The notes under the pieces were generated by a model that was not told the origin of the DNA, did no database searches, and worked only from the letters and a program-made list of their open reading frames with translations. Position numbers and translations under genes: made by a program. From positions 434,001 through 498,000 of the forward strand of contig NW_027117347.1 in assembly GCF_038025025.1 (NCBI RefSeq): a DNA stretch of 64,000 nt, written 5' to 3'. Origin of the DNA: Phyllosticta citribraziliensis (Eukaryota). Of the stretch, positions 26,612 to 40,265 are shown piece after piece (positions within the stretch are counted from its first letter, which is position 1; every line of letters starts with the position of its first letter).

Positions 26612-28010
26612 TCAAAACATCCTCATCAAAATCATCAGCGCCACACCTCCAAAGAGACCATACGTCCGCGGTGCACAACCTCCAGGGCTCGCATTCGACA
26701 AAGAAACCCCTGATTGCACCGATGCAGACGTCCGTGTACCCTTGGCTGCCGCCGAAGTCACGGGCGAACCACTCGAGTCAATCGACTTGGTCGGCGCACC
26801 TGCAAGTGTGCTGAAGCCCTGCTGGCCTGGCCTTGTCTCGACCTCAGAGCCTCCAGATGAGGAGGAATCCGGTCGAGATGCCGCCGACGACAAGATAAAT
26901 CCAACCTGTTGGGACGTCGACTGGAAGCCCAAGTCAGCACCTCGTACTCTGATCATCAAACGGAAGATGGAAAGACGCCTTACGCACAGAGGCCGAGTTG
27001 GGAGGAACAACTTTGCCTGAACTCGTAACTGTCCATCCTGTCGGGAGGCCTGGATAGTCTGTTGCTGGTAGCGTCGACGCAGACGACATCGTTTTCGACT
27101 CAGGAACCCACGGGTAGCCGGACCTCGTTACCAGCGAGGCGGAGCTGTCTTTTGTGCCTGAGAAAGGCAGCGGTTGACCATTCGAGGCCGACGTGATTGC
27201 TGGGGCACTGTTCTTGACGCCAGTACCTCCTTTCGGATTGACGCTGCCACCGACAGCGATGATGGATTGCCAAGTACCGTCCCCTCCGTACTTGTACTGC
27301 GTCCCCGTTGAGTAATCAGTCACCGAGAGCGACTTGAGCTGCAGGGTAAAGGGCCCTTGCGTGTAGTCGGTGGGCCCTCGAGCCCATTCAACGGTGCCGG
27401 CTTCGTTCAACGAGGGGTCGCCGCCAGGCCAAGCCCCGACTCTGACATGACAAGGTGTTTGGGGATACTGGCCGTTGGCATCCTGCGGCTTGAGCGCCCT
27501 CACCGTCACCCCGTCGACCTGCCAGACGAGTTCATCGGCAGTCCAATCAATGGTGTAGGTTTTGAACTCGGACTGGCTGCCAGGATCCGCGTGAAGAGCT
27601 CCTCGATTGTAGGACGTGGTCTGACCTTTGCCAAAGTAGTTTGTCTGCACCTGGTCCGGACTCGAACCAAGCCACTCGAGGTCGATTTCGTCCTTGACGT
27701 CAGACTGCAAGACGGCGGAGCTGACGATTCCTTTTCCAGGCGCTGCCTTGAGGACGAACTCGACCTTTCCAAACATGATGTACCATTTGGAGGTGATCAT
27801 GGGGGCATCCCCGGACTTTGCAATGGTAAACGAGGCACCGCCCGAACCATAAGATACAGGACCCTGGGAGGTGAAGCTATCCGAAGCCGAAGAAAAGTCA
27901 ATCTGAACCGACCTTCCGAGGGCGGGATTTTCCTGTGCGAATGCCGAAGGCAGTAGCAGTGCGGCTGAAGCGAGGGCGCCGACTGGACTGACTGACCATG
28001 GTGTTTTCAT
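26612..28010 (-). CDS. GH16 Crh1/Crf1-type chitin transglycosylase, probably GPI-anchored, 2 exons
   Basis: Signal peptide, YIMFGKVEFVLKAAPGKGIVSS, catalytic DEIDLEW, YPQTP, Ser/Thr-rich stalk and hydrophobic C-terminus. One phase-0 intron at ~26988-26921. Confidence 0.9.
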
Positions 28011-28501
28011 CGTAGTAGCGACAGCAAGGCGAACTAGCAAACGAGATGATCAAAAACGCAAAAAGACGGCGAGGAAATGGTTGGGAGGGGAGGCGGGGAG
28101 TGGGAATGATGATACAAGTGGAGAAGGGCAGTTATAGGAGGCCGTCACCAGCCTTCGGCATTGATGCGCTGCATTAGCCATGATTTAGCGGGCAGGTGAA
28201 AATGCGAGGCCGGGCGACGTGTTTGTACAAGTAGCGACGGTGGTTGGTAGTTTGGGCGGAGCTGAATGGGGACATGGTGTTTCCGCTTGGGATGCCCCGG
28301 CCGTGGGAGACGAGCCCGCCCGTATCCGTCCCGCCGGCCGGGATGCCGTCCGGGTGTGCGTGCCTAGGGTGTCGATTGACGCGGGCCGAAACTCTGAGTG
28401 ACTCGGCCTCATCTCCAACAAACTGACTCCAAAAAAATCTCCCGTCCTCTCTGCAGCCGGTCTGCAAGATCCATCCACCCCCGTCTCGCTTCTCCCACAC
28501 T

Positions 28502-30048
28502 ATGTCCTTGACCAACGCAGACCCCGTTCAAGCCGCTCGCGGCGCTCGATTGGCCTCGCGCAAGCTGGCAACTCTGCCCGCCAGCGCTCGCAACCATGCC
28601 TTGACTGCAATCCACGCGGCCCTCGCTGCCGCTCAGCAAGACATCCTTGCAGCAAATGCCCGCGATCTGGCCGCAGCAACTCAAGCCGCGCAGAGCGGCG
28701 AGCTGAAAGAGAGCCTGATCAAGCGCCTCGACCTTGGCCGCAAGGGCAAGTACGAGGACATGCTGCAAGGCATTCTCGACGTGAGAGACCTCGACGACCC
28801 ACGTATGCCCACGCGCCGCCCCCCTTTGCCTCAGCTGACGTGAGGACAGTGGGCAAGATTGATGCTCGCACGCTACTTGACGACGGCCTGCTCCTCGAAC
28901 GCATCTCGTCGCCCATTGGAGTGCTTCTCATCATTTTCGAGGCCCGCCCCGAGGTCATTGCCAACATTGCATCCTTGGCTATCAAGTCTGGCAATGCCGC
29001 CATTCTCAAAGGTCTGTCACGTCTGCTCGGCCACCTGATTGCAACTAGCTAAAGGCCTCAAGGCGGCAAGGAATCGTCCGAGTCATTCATTGCCATTTCA
29101 AACGTGATTTCCGACGCACTGCGGTCGACTGCCGTGCCCAACGATGGCCTGCAACTGGTGACGACCAGAGACGCAATCAAGCCCCTCTTGGAGCTCGACC
29201 AGTACATTGACCTCGTCATCCCCCGCGGCAGCAATGAACTGGTCTCGTCCATCAAAAAGGGAACCCAGATCCCGGTCCTGGGCCATGCAGATGGCCTGTG
29301 CTCCATCTACCTGCGCGCAGACTGCCCGATTGAGATGGCCACAAGAGTGATTGTCGACGCAAAGACTAGCTATCCCGCAGCTTGCAACAGCGTCGAAACG
29401 TTGCTCGTCGACGAGGACGCCCTGAGCACTGTGCTCCCCCCGGCTGCCGAAGCGTTGCTCCAGAAGGGAGTGCGGCTTCGCTGCGACGGAGCATCCAAGG
29501 CTGCTCTCGTGGCGGGGCTCGACAAGCATCAGGCGGCGTTTGTCCAGGACGCGCAGGAGCAGGACTTCCGGACCGAGTTTCTTGACCTCGTGCTCGCGGT
29601 CAAGACGATTCCTCGCATGGCATCAGCAGACGAGGCGGCCGACGCAGCCATTGGGCACATAAACGAGCACTCTTCGCACCACACGGACGCCATTCTGACG
29701 CAATCTCAGTCAATTGCAGCGCAGTTCCAAGGCGGAGTGGACAGCGCGTGCGTTTTCTGGAACACGAGCACCAGAATGGCAGACGGGCAGAGGTTTGGAT
29801 TCGGGACCGAGGTGGGCATCAGTACCAACAAGATCCACGCCCGAGGCCCGGTGGGGTTGGAGGGGCTGACCATCTACCGATGGCTGATCAAGGGCAACGG
29901 CCAAGTGTCGGCCGAGTACGGGGCGGGAGGAAAGGCGTGGAAGCACGAGAAGCTGGCAGCAGGCGAGCTGGAGCGGTATGCAGCAACGCAGGAGGAGTGG
30001 GAGGCAGTGAAGGAAGTGCGGGCAAGGCGTGGACAGGGACGTGGTTGA
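28502..30048 (+). CDS. PRO2: Gamma-glutamyl phosphate reductase, 3 exons
   Basis: [88 protein letters not shown]. Confidence 0.95.
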
Positions 30049-30702
30049 GGTGAGGTGGTGATGGCGGCCGTGGTTGGCGGGGTACGCTAGCGAGTCATGG
30101 TCTGTTCCCCGCATGACTTGGGCACGGTGGACCTGCAGCCAGTAAGCCCTGCGCAATTGGGTAATGGTTAGTTAATGGCTACCTCGTGGGCGTCAGTCAG
30201 TCCGTCAGGTCCAGGTACACCTCCAGGTACAGGTCGAGAGACGACGTCCGCTGGAGAGAAGTCCACGCCTCGCTGGCCTTTGTAGCCGACACGACTGACC
30301 TGACCTGCGCACGCGATACCGGCGAGCGGGGGCGCTTTGTGTCGGGCCAACAATTGACGCAGCGATTCGCGTCTACGGCGGTGCTGTGCAGGCCATGGTG
30401 ATTGATTCCTTTTGGCTGCGCTGCCATGCTTGCTTCTTCCATTCTCTTCACTGACACTCGTCCAATCCCCAGCCTTACGTCAAGCCTATTTTCTGCACCC
30501 GGGCGCTTGGGACGACTTTACGAGGCTCCCGAACTATAAGAAGCTCAAGGCCTGCCCTAGCCCAATCCATCGTCCCCCCCTTCGACAACATCAACCCCGC
30601 TATCCCCCTTGATCACAGCTGCGCCTTTGCGCGCTCGCCTCTTGTCTACATCTCCTCCTCCTCCTCCTCATCCCCTAACCCTTCCATTTCTACTCCTGCA
30701 TC

Positions 30703-33700
30703 ATGGCTTCTCCCGCCCCCTCTGCCGCCCAGAACAAGTTCCTGGACACCGTCATCCGCACTCCCGGACGCCAACCCTCGCCTCAGCCTACCCACCTGAG
30801 CGTCCCCGGCGCCATTCACCACCGAGTCTTGCAGGAAGAAGGCCCCGGCTATGTCGCTCCCAAATTCGAGGGCAAAGAGCAGCAGATGGAGACGTAAGCT
30901 CCTGTAGCGGCGGAGCGGTGGCCCTCGGCGACCAATTAACACATTTACAGGGTCATGGACCAGGTCGAGGAAAAGGGCTTCATACCGCCTGATTTCGTCG
31001 AATCCGAGACCAACTGGTTCTACAACGAGCTGGGCATTGACGACAGCTACTTCTCGACCGAATCCGTCGAAGCGTACGCTCCCATATTCCCATGTTGACC
31101 ATTCGCTGGTTCGCTGACGCTGCCGCCAGCATCGTCAACCACATCCACTCCTTGTACGCCGCCAAGATCGCCGCATACGCGCGAGATGATAAGCGCCTGG
31201 AAATAAGGCTGGACAAGGAGGCCACGGACCATGCCGTCTATATTGACACCAGCAAGCCTGGCGTCAGTGTCATGGAGGGTCCTCAGTACGAGAAACGCAT
31301 CGATTCGAAATACCTCAATGGTTCTGCGGGGAGCAACCATTACCGCGTCGAGACATTTCGTTCCGGCGGTCTTCTCCCCGGTGGACAGGAGCAGCAGTTG
31401 CGATGCTACTTTGTCTACCAGTGCGACTTTGCCAACCCCAACCCAGGGGCCGACGAGACGCAAATCGAAAAGATTGGAGAGAAGCGCTTCCTTCAGAAAG
31501 CTACCAAAAACACAAAGGAGATTTACCAGCAGGCCATTGAGAATGCAGTCGCTCGCACTGGCCCGGTGATTGAGTGCTTCGATATCGAGGGTTCTCGGGA
31601 AAAGCGCCTTGTCATTGCCTTCAAGCAGGGTTCCGCACTCGGCCTCTTCAGCGCGTTGAGTGACCTGGTATGACATGGAAGAATTGCATGTGTTTCCAAG
31701 TTAGGCTGACTGTTGGCTGCAGTACCACTACTACGGACTGACCTCGTCGAGAAAATACGTTGGTACGTCCCAAGACTACCATGGTAATTTTGGACAAGGG
31801 GGAAGCTGATTTACGTGAACTTCAGAGCAATTTTCCAACGGTTATACGGTCATGTCAATGTACCTGCGCCACTCTCCCAGTTCCGTCTCGTCTGCGCGTT
31901 ATCCTCCGATTGAGGCTTCCATTCACCAAATCATCAAGGAGGTATCTCTGCTATACTGCATTCCTCAAAACAAGCTGCAGGCGCATTTTGCATCTGGCAG
32001 GTTGAGCCTCCAAGAGACCATATACGCTCACTGCGTGTGGGTATTTGTTGGCCATTTCCTCAACAGGCTCGGTAAGTTCGACTTCCAAGCCACCTTCGTT
32101 GCAAGTCTGACCAAAAATTACATCAGGCTCGGAGTACACAACCTTGTCTTCCATGCTTGACAGCAACAACAGCGTCCATGCGGAGCTGTTGTCAAAATTG
32201 AAGCGTCGTCTTCGTACCGAAACGTTTACCGCTGACTACATCCTCGAGATCATCAACGAGTATCCCGAACTCATTCACTCGTTGTACCTTAACTTTGCCA
32301 ATACGCACTATGTGCAAACTCGTGGAGAACAGGACGACTTTATCCCGACTCTCAGCTACTTGCGGCTCAAGGTCGATAAGGTGTTGACGGATCCAGAACT
32401 GGAGGAACTGATTGCCAAGACTGTCGCTAACGAGCATCATGCCATGGTCATGACGGCGTTCCGGACGTTCAACGCTAGCGTGCTCAAGACCAACTTTTAT
32501 ACGCCAACCAAGGTTGCCTTGAGCTTCCGATTGAACCCACTTTTCCTCCCGCCTTCAGAGTATCCGCAGCCCCTTTTTGGAATGTTCCTTGTGATCAGCT
32601 CCGAGTTCCGCGGGTTCCACTTGCGCTTCAGGGACATTGCCCGTGGCGGCATTCGAATCGTCAAGTCGCGGAGCCAGGAGGCTTATTCCATCAACGCCCG
32701 TTCCCTGTTTGATGAAAATTACAACCTTGCCAACACTCAGCAGAGGAAGAACAAGGACATCCCTGAAGGCGGCTCCAAGGGTGTCATTCTTCTCGATGTC
32801 CGCCATCAGGACAAGGCCAGGGTGGCATTTGAAAAGTACATTGACAGCATTTTGGATCTTTTGCTGCCACCCACCAGCCCTGGTATCAAGGATCCGATTG
32901 TGGACCTGCATGGCCAGCAAGAGATTCTCTTCATGGGACCTGATGAGAACACCGCCGACCTCGTGGACTGGGCGACTGAGCACGCGAGAGCCCGTGGAGC
33001 ACCTTGGTGGAAGTCGTTTTTCACCGGCAAGAGTCCCAAGCTGGGTGGCATTCCACACGACCGCTATGGCATGACGACGCTCTCTGTCCGTGAATACGTT
33101 CTTGGAATATATCGCAAGCTCAACCTCGAACAAAACAAGATTCGCAAGCTCCAAACCGGTGGCCCCGACGGTGATCTGGGGTCGAACGAGATTTTGCTGG
33201 GCAACGAGCAGTACACCGCCATCGTCGATGGATCCGGTGTCCTCGTTGATCCCAAGGGATTGGATCGGGATGAGCTCGTCCGGCTTGCAAAGAAGCGTGC
33301 CATGATTGTCGATTTCGACGTGTCGAGGCTCTCGCCATCTGGCTACCGCGTTCTCGTGGAAGAAAACGGCGTGAAGCTACCCACCGGCGAGCTTGTCCAC
33401 AACGGCACGCAATTCCGCAACACCTTCCACCTCCGAAGTGATGTCCAATACGACGTTTTTGTTCCTTGCGGTGGCCGTCCCGAATCGATCGACCTTGCGA
33501 GCGTCAGCAAACTTATTGTCGCCGGCAAGTCCGCGATACCTTTTATCGTCGAGGGTGCCAACCTGTTCATCACCCAAGACGCGAAGCTGCGTCTGGAGAA
33601 GGCTGGATGCATCCTCTTCAAGGACGCATCGGCCAACAAGGGCGGCGTCACCTCATCTTCGCTCGAGGTCCTTGCCTCGCTCTCTTTTGATGATGATGGC

Positions 33701-34259
33701 TTCATCAACAACATGTGCATCCGCGACGACGGCTCAGCACCGCAGTTCTACAACGACTACGTCAAGCAAGTTCAAGAGATCATCAAGAACAACGCCAGGC
33801 TCGAATTCGAGGCCATCTGGAGAGAACACCAGGCGACGGGCGAGCCGAGGAGTTTACTCAGCGACAAGCTCAGCGTTGCCATTACGAAGCTTGACGAGGA
33901 GCTCCAGAACACGGAGCTCTGGGACAACGTACAGCTGCGCAAGGCCGTCCTGGGAGACGCGTTGCCGAACTTGCTGTTGGAAAAGATCGGTCTCGAGACC
34001 ATCATGGAACGAGTAAGTGCCGTCTGTAGAAATTGGGTTTGGCGCACAGACTGACGTCCCTAGGTTCCCGAGAACTATCTCCGCGCCATTTTTGGAAGCT
34101 ACCTCGCCAGTCGCTTCGTGTACGAATACGGCATCTCTGCCAGCCAATTTGCCTTCTTTGCTTTGTAAGTTCCGACAATGAACCCGAACTCCCATCTCGG
34201 TTCTGTTACTGATTCTCGGGTCCAGCATGAATAAGAGAATGGCTTCTCTGCGGGGTTAA
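30703..34259 (+). CDS. GDH2: NAD-specific glutamate dehydrogenase, multi-exon
   Basis: RTPGRQPSPQP N-terminus, GFHLRFRDIARGGIRIV, KNKDIPEGGSKG, MGPDE, GGPDGDLGSNE, ANKGGVTSSSLEVLA. Several short GT-AG introns. Last exon gives FMNKRMASLRG*. Confidence 0.95.
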
Positions 34260-34760
34260 AAGGATTTGGGAAAAATGGGAAAGAGGATTGGTTATATGGG
34301 AACACGTTAGCACATAGAGGCCGCCGTCCATTGGCATAGCGGTCCGTCGTAGGATTTGGAAAAAACCCCCCATTTCATATAGAGAATGTGTGTTGGATTT
34401 TTTGGCAAAAGAGACGGAAGGTTTGTTGTTGGTCGTCTAGGTGCTTGGACAAGGTCGATGTAGCGCGGAAAATAGCCAACCTAATGGCATTTCGCTTCTT
34501 ATTCTTGAGCTCTGGTTCAGAAGAACCCTGTTGACATGGTGCCATTCACAGGCAAGACAGGCAAGAGGAGCATTTGGAAAGATGTTGGAAAGATGGCGGC
34601 TTGGGCATTTCGGTGCTCAAACCAAACCGCATGCATGCAATGCGATGCTTGCTCGAAGGTGGGCGATGCTCCGTTCGCTGTATGTACAAGAAGAAATCAA
34701 GGCACCGAAAACCATTCCCTGCCCCTTGAAAGAAGAGGAACCAAACATCACCAGCACGAC

Positions 34761-36954
34761 TCAGCCAGCCCGCGTCGTCGCCTCCCAGAAATCGAGCGTC
34801 AACTGGGCCAAAAAGCACGGAATCTCCTTGCGCTGCTCGACCCAAAACTCAATCTGGCCGCGAATCTCGTTGGCAAAGACGCTCTGCGGGCCGCCGCTGA
34901 CCTTCATGGTGCCGTTCTCGCCGTCAAACACGATCGAGTTCTTGGCCCCGGGACTGTTTCCCGACGAATTGCTGTTGCCCGGGTAGTACAGGCTGGTGCA
35001 GCGCACGCGGCCGTTGGGCATGAATTCCAGCTCCCAGCCGAGAATCGACGCGACGGCTTCTTTGAACTCGAGCGCCTTTGCGGCGTAGATTTGCTTGTAG
35101 CGCAGCGTCGACTTCTCGCGCGACGCCAGCGTGCGCCGCAGCTCGGCGATCTCGTCGCGCGCCGCGTTGAGCGTCGCCAGCGGCACGTTGTCGTCGGCGG
35201 CGGCGAGCTGGCCCTCGAGTTGCGCCAGCAGCGCCTTGTTCTCCTCGCGCAGCGTCCGTACAGTCGCCAGCTTGAGGGCTTCGGCGTCGGCCGTCGGGTT
35301 GGAGCGCAGCTCGAGGACGCGCGTGCGGGCTGACGTTTTGAGCGACGACAGCTGCTTGCTCTGGGCTTTGAGCTCCGTTTCGAGCGCCTTCTTGTCCGTC
35401 GACAGCTTGTGCAGCTCGTCTTGGAGCTTGCGGTTCTTACGCCGCAGCTCGCCAATGCGCTCGTCGTCCGACTCGTCGCGCGAGCGTTTGTCGCCAGCCG
35501 AGACGTCGTGCCCCCCTTTGCGAGCGAGTTCTTCCAAGGCCTTGAGGTCGGCGTTGAGGGTCGTGATTTCGGCACGGTGGCTGGTGACGAGGTCTTCAAG
35601 CTCCCGGATGCGGTTGATTTTGACGGCGTCAAAGGTCTCGGGGCGGAATTCGCTCTCTTCGGCGTCGACCATTTTGAGCTGCTCGCGCAAGAACTCCACC
35701 TCCTTGCTCGCCAGATTCAATTGCCGTTCGAGACGGAGGCGCGCCTTGGTGTCTGCGGCACCGCCTCCTGCCTTTGCTTTTTCCAGTTCCTCCTTAAGCT
35801 TGGCCTTTTCATCCTCCAATGTCTTGATCGTCTCTTCTTTGACAGTGAGTTCCGGCTGGACGGCACCGAGGCGCTCTGTCAACGAAGCTGTCTCCAGCCT
35901 TTCCCTGACGTATGCCCTAGCGAGATCTGCAGGCGACTCGAATTGAAGCTCGCCCTCGGTACTGGATTGACTCTCGAGATACGCAGCCCATTCCTTCTTC
36001 TCGTCCTCGAGTAGTTGCCTCTTGAGATGTGCCTCGCTCAGCTCCCGGCGTAGATCCTCCATCATGCGCACCTTGCTTTCCAGCGACCTCTTTTCTTCCT
36101 CGACAACCTCTACGCTCTTCAGAGTCTTGCGGAACTGCTTCAGTTCCGCCGCTTGCTCCCTGTTTATTCCCTCCAATCTCCTGATATGTGCCACCTGCTC
36201 GGACAGCTCCCTCTTGAGCACGGCCAGCGTATCTGAATCACCCGCCTGCGCTTTCAGTCTTATCAATTCGCTCTCCATCTCTCCCACCTCCGCCTCCCTC
36301 TTTGACAGCTTTTGCTGAGCAGCCTGCAAAGCATTGGTTTGCGCCGTCAACTCGGACCGCAAGTCGTCAAACGATTGTTGTAGCGTATTATACCGCGTCT
36401 CCAGCTCATTATACCGGTGTTTGCTTTGGCGTTCCATGGACATCAACTCGTTTTGTGCCTCGTCGGCGTCCTCCTGTAGCGAACTAGCCTTTTCCTGTAG
36501 GGTCCGGACTTTGCGTTCGAGCTCGAGCTTCTCGTTGGACACTCTGGCTTGCGTGTCGTGCAGTTCCCGTACTAGGGCGTCATGCTTGGACGTGGCAGCT
36601 TTGCTGGCGGACTCAGCCGCCTATGTGCACGTTAGCTACAGTCGATCTCCCCGAAGTGAACATTCTGACCTGCGCCCGCTTGTATTCCGCGTCTGCCTTG
36701 TTCTGCGCATCCCGTAATTCGGCCTGATGATTGAGGTTGGTCATCTCACGCTCCTGCTTGAGCGATTCCAGCTCGTATTGGAGCGTGTTGATCTGCGCGC
36801 GAAGCTCCTCGTTCCCAGCATCGGCGACCGGTGGTCTCGCGACCGATTGTCGCAATGTATCGCGAAACGATGGGGCGGGAGCTGGTCTGTCATCGTCCGT
36901 CTCGCCGGTGAAGAAGTTGAAGGAGGGCTGGTTGAGGTTGCGGCCGGCCGCCAT
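34761..36954 (-). CDS. MAD1: Spindle assembly checkpoint protein Mad1, 2 exons
   Basis: Long coiled coil, then RVLELRSNPT, FKEAVASILGW..FMPNG and FWVEQRKEIPCFLAQLTL. Intron at ~36669-36621. Confidence 0.92.
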
Positions 36955-37855
36955 GGTGACGGTTGCGGTGCCAGAGGCGCCAAAGTTTGTAAACAAGAAG
37001 CGGTCGGGTTGCGGCCAGAGGCGACAGGGAGCGCGGCGTGCGAAGAGCTCGGGCTAGAATGCGGAGGTCACGGAAGAAAAAGGTGAGGATACTGGCGCGG
37101 AGCCAAACATGTGGTGTTTGTTGGAGTGTCGAAACAATGCGACGGTGGTGGACAGGGAATTGTGCTCGGACTTGAGCAACGCTAGCGGGATGCCGTACCT
37201 GGACGGACGCGGAGTCGGCTGCACGGTTATCCCCGGTCCACCCTCGCGCCGCCTGGCAAAACGTCACGCTGTTTCATTCGCACTGTTTTCGAGCAATTGC
37301 ACGCGAATATGGCGAGACTGGCGGGGAGGGCCAGATTCACAAGCAGATACGGCCCTGACGTGAGCATTCGCTGGTTTTACGACCCGTCGATTTGTACAAC
37401 TCTAAGTTAGAGCTTCGTTTGGATGCCAACCGAAGATCTTGCTATGTAACGAAAGGACAACCGGTATGGACTCCTCTGCATGGCCAAAGTATTGTTTGAG
37501 GGTTTGGTGTTTGCCTCCGACTTTTTGTGGCCGACAGCGTCTTTTCCGTGTGCTGGAACCCGTTACCGATCGCATCTCCTTCCACGACTTCAATTACGAA
37601 GGCAGTGAACTAAAAAAGCAGGGGGAAATAAGTGGACAAGTGACAGAAAACCCTGTCAAAGCGAAAGCGAACCGTGATCGTATATCATCAAGCCTCAGCT
37701 TGGGGGGAACCCATCGCAGACAAGCTTGAAAGGATATGGGAAGGCCTCGCAATGAGATAGCAAAAGTCGAACTCGTTGCTTGCCGTAGGCTCCAGCTTGG
37801 GGCATCGTACCCTTTCAGACGCTCGCGCGCCGTTTGCGCAAGGCTTGCTGTTGCC

Positions 37856-39107
37856 TTACTCCTTAGCTTTGAGAGCGTTGATGGTTGCCTTCCAATCATT
37901 AGCAAGGACCTTTCTTGGATTGAGTCTCAGGAGGAGAGCACAAACCTGCAGCTCGGCAATCGACTTGTTCTGCTCAGCAAGGACTTTGTTCTGCTCAGCA
38001 AGGACTTTACCCTGCTCGGCGTGGAGTTTGGTAAGCTCAGCGATGCTTTTAGCCTGCTGATTGGTGACCTTGGCCTGTTCGACAATCAGGTCCGCCAGCT
38101 GGTCGCCGCGTCTAGCTTGATCGTCGGCACGCTTAGTTTGCTCCTTGAGCTGACGAACCTTCGATTCGAGATCGTAAGGCGACTGGTCACGAGAGAGGGC
38201 CGCGCACAGACGACGTTCGAAGTGAGCGGGAAACGAAATGCTTGGGCGGCGAGCGTGATCATCGTGCGCCGCCTGGGTGAGGCGCTTAAGGCCATTGTCG
38301 AAAGCGCTCAACATTTCTTCTTCCCAGTCGGCGTACTCGATGACGGTGTGGACAGGCTTGCCGGAGGACATCATTTCGGTTTGTCTACGAGCCATGACTT
38401 GGGTGGGGCTAGGAGAGACTTTGACGCCGCCGCTGTCGGATTCGTTGTCGAAAATTTCGGTGGTGGCTGCGTCGGACTCGATAGCTCTGTTGTGGCAAGG
38501 CTCAGCGATTGCGGACAAGGAAAGAAAAGAAGAGAGGGGACGAAGGTTACCGGCTCAGCTGGAGAGATTCGAGACGCTTCTCAATGCTGGGAAGGCCAGG
38601 CGAAGTCGATCCGTGGATGAAGGGGCTTGAGACTGCTGGGGTGTTCTTGGGATTGCCGATCAAGCCGTCGTTGACAGCGTCAAGATCGATCTCTGATTGA
38701 GATGTGGGTATGCTGCGGGCGCTCTGAGGAGGTGGGGGAGGTACTTGGCTGCCGCAATGACGGCAAAAGCCCGAGAAACTGACGGTGGTGGTGGCGCGCG
38801 ACCTGGACTGCGGACGCTGGAGTGGAATGTCGGCGAGTGGAGCCACAGAGTTCTCAGCTGCGATTGAGTGAGAGGTGGTTTTGTTGGCCAGAGTCAAGGA
38901 ATTACCAGATTGATCCACGATAGTATCGACAGAGCCACCGCTGGAACGCTTCTTGTTGAGCTCCACAGAGTGGACCGCGTGCTCCTCAAGCGCACGTGAA
39001 GTCAGTGGCGAAGGTTCCATGGTTGCGTCCAGAGGCCCAACCAGATTCTCCATCTTGGCACCCCAGGATGTGTTTGAAGGCTCCTCAGAGTCGTCAGAGG
39101 GTAGCAT
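37856..39107 (-). CDS. Hypothetical low-complexity protein with C-terminal heptad repeats, probably 3 exons
   Basis: Two adjacent minus ORFs (38547-39107 and 37856-38518) join through a GTAACC...GCTGAG...ACAG intron near 38550-38484. A second candidate intron GTTTGT...GCTAAT...AAG lies at ~37945-37889. No family recognised. Confidence 0.55.
37966..38020 (-). repeat. 21-bp coding tandem repeat (AEQGKVL-AEQNKVL-AEQNKSI)
   Basis: About 2.5 copies of CTGCTCAGCAAGGACTTTGTT on the plus strand. Confidence 0.85.
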
Positions 39108-40265
39108 GAGATTTCAAAAGCAAAGAGAGAGGCAAAGAATGAGAGTAAGATGGTCGGTAACAGTGGAGTTGACAACAAAGAAGCACGTCGCGTGGAAGAC
39201 ACAGCGGGCAAGGGAAGAGCGCGCTAGAAGCAAAGACGATGGCCCGGAAGGCACGTCGGCGTTTCGTGATGCCGGTCCCGAATTCCCGATTGGGTATCTC
39301 GAGATGCTCAGGTGTGTGTTTCTGGTGGAGTGGGCCTCAGGGGCCTGCACAACCAGCCACAGCGACATGGCCAGGATGCTCCTTTGCTCAGAATTTCCTT
39401 GCACGTGCTTTTGACTGGCTTTATCATGGATGGAAACATGATGGATCCTGTTGGTTTTCCTAGACAGTTGGAGCGTGTTGTTTGAGATGACTGTCCCTCT
39501 GGGAATTGAGCAAGCCCAGCTACAGTACCGAGTTTTTGGCCTTATATCTGCTCTTTCCACGACACACAATGCCTCTCAGAGATACAAGCAGTTTGGCACG
39601 TGGGAAACATGCAGTGGTGCTTGCAGGTGCAGCTGGACGTGGCCTACAATAGGACTCCTCTTCCTGGAAAAGTGTCGTCAACTTCGACTCTTGTCCATGG
39701 GTGTATAATGTAGATGTTACAAGAAAAAGTCACCTCCTGCACCGGGTCACCTCCACTGCATTATTTAGGAGACTACTGGTCAGGAACGATGATTCAAACC
39801 TGCCTGCAGACCGCGGCTGCTTTGGCTCGGGAATGGTCATGATGATGGTGAAGTTGGTAGACGGAAAGACACATTTGCATCACTCGAGTCCAAGATGCAC
39901 TCGACAGCGGCTGGCGGCAGGGTGGATGGGCGCATGATGACAGCCGGGGTGTTGAAGAGTCGACTTGACGTTGGGGAGGTGGAGGTGGGGGAAGGGCTAC
40001 ATAGCCCGGGCGGGCCTGGCGCGGTTCCGTTGGCGCAAGGACCCTTTTTGTTACTCTCGCCAAAAGCTGCGGGCGGAACTTCGATTTGGCTTCCGTGCCT
40101 GTTCTTCTACCGTACTCTGGCCAGATCCCACTCTGCCTCTCTCACCCTCCCCATCCTCCTGCGCTCCCAATTCCCTGCCCAGAGCCCAACCCTCGAACTG
40201 AGGCTGCCAACCTTCATCCCGCTCCCCTCGAACCCTCCGGTCCCCTCTCCTCGCCCATACTCAAC

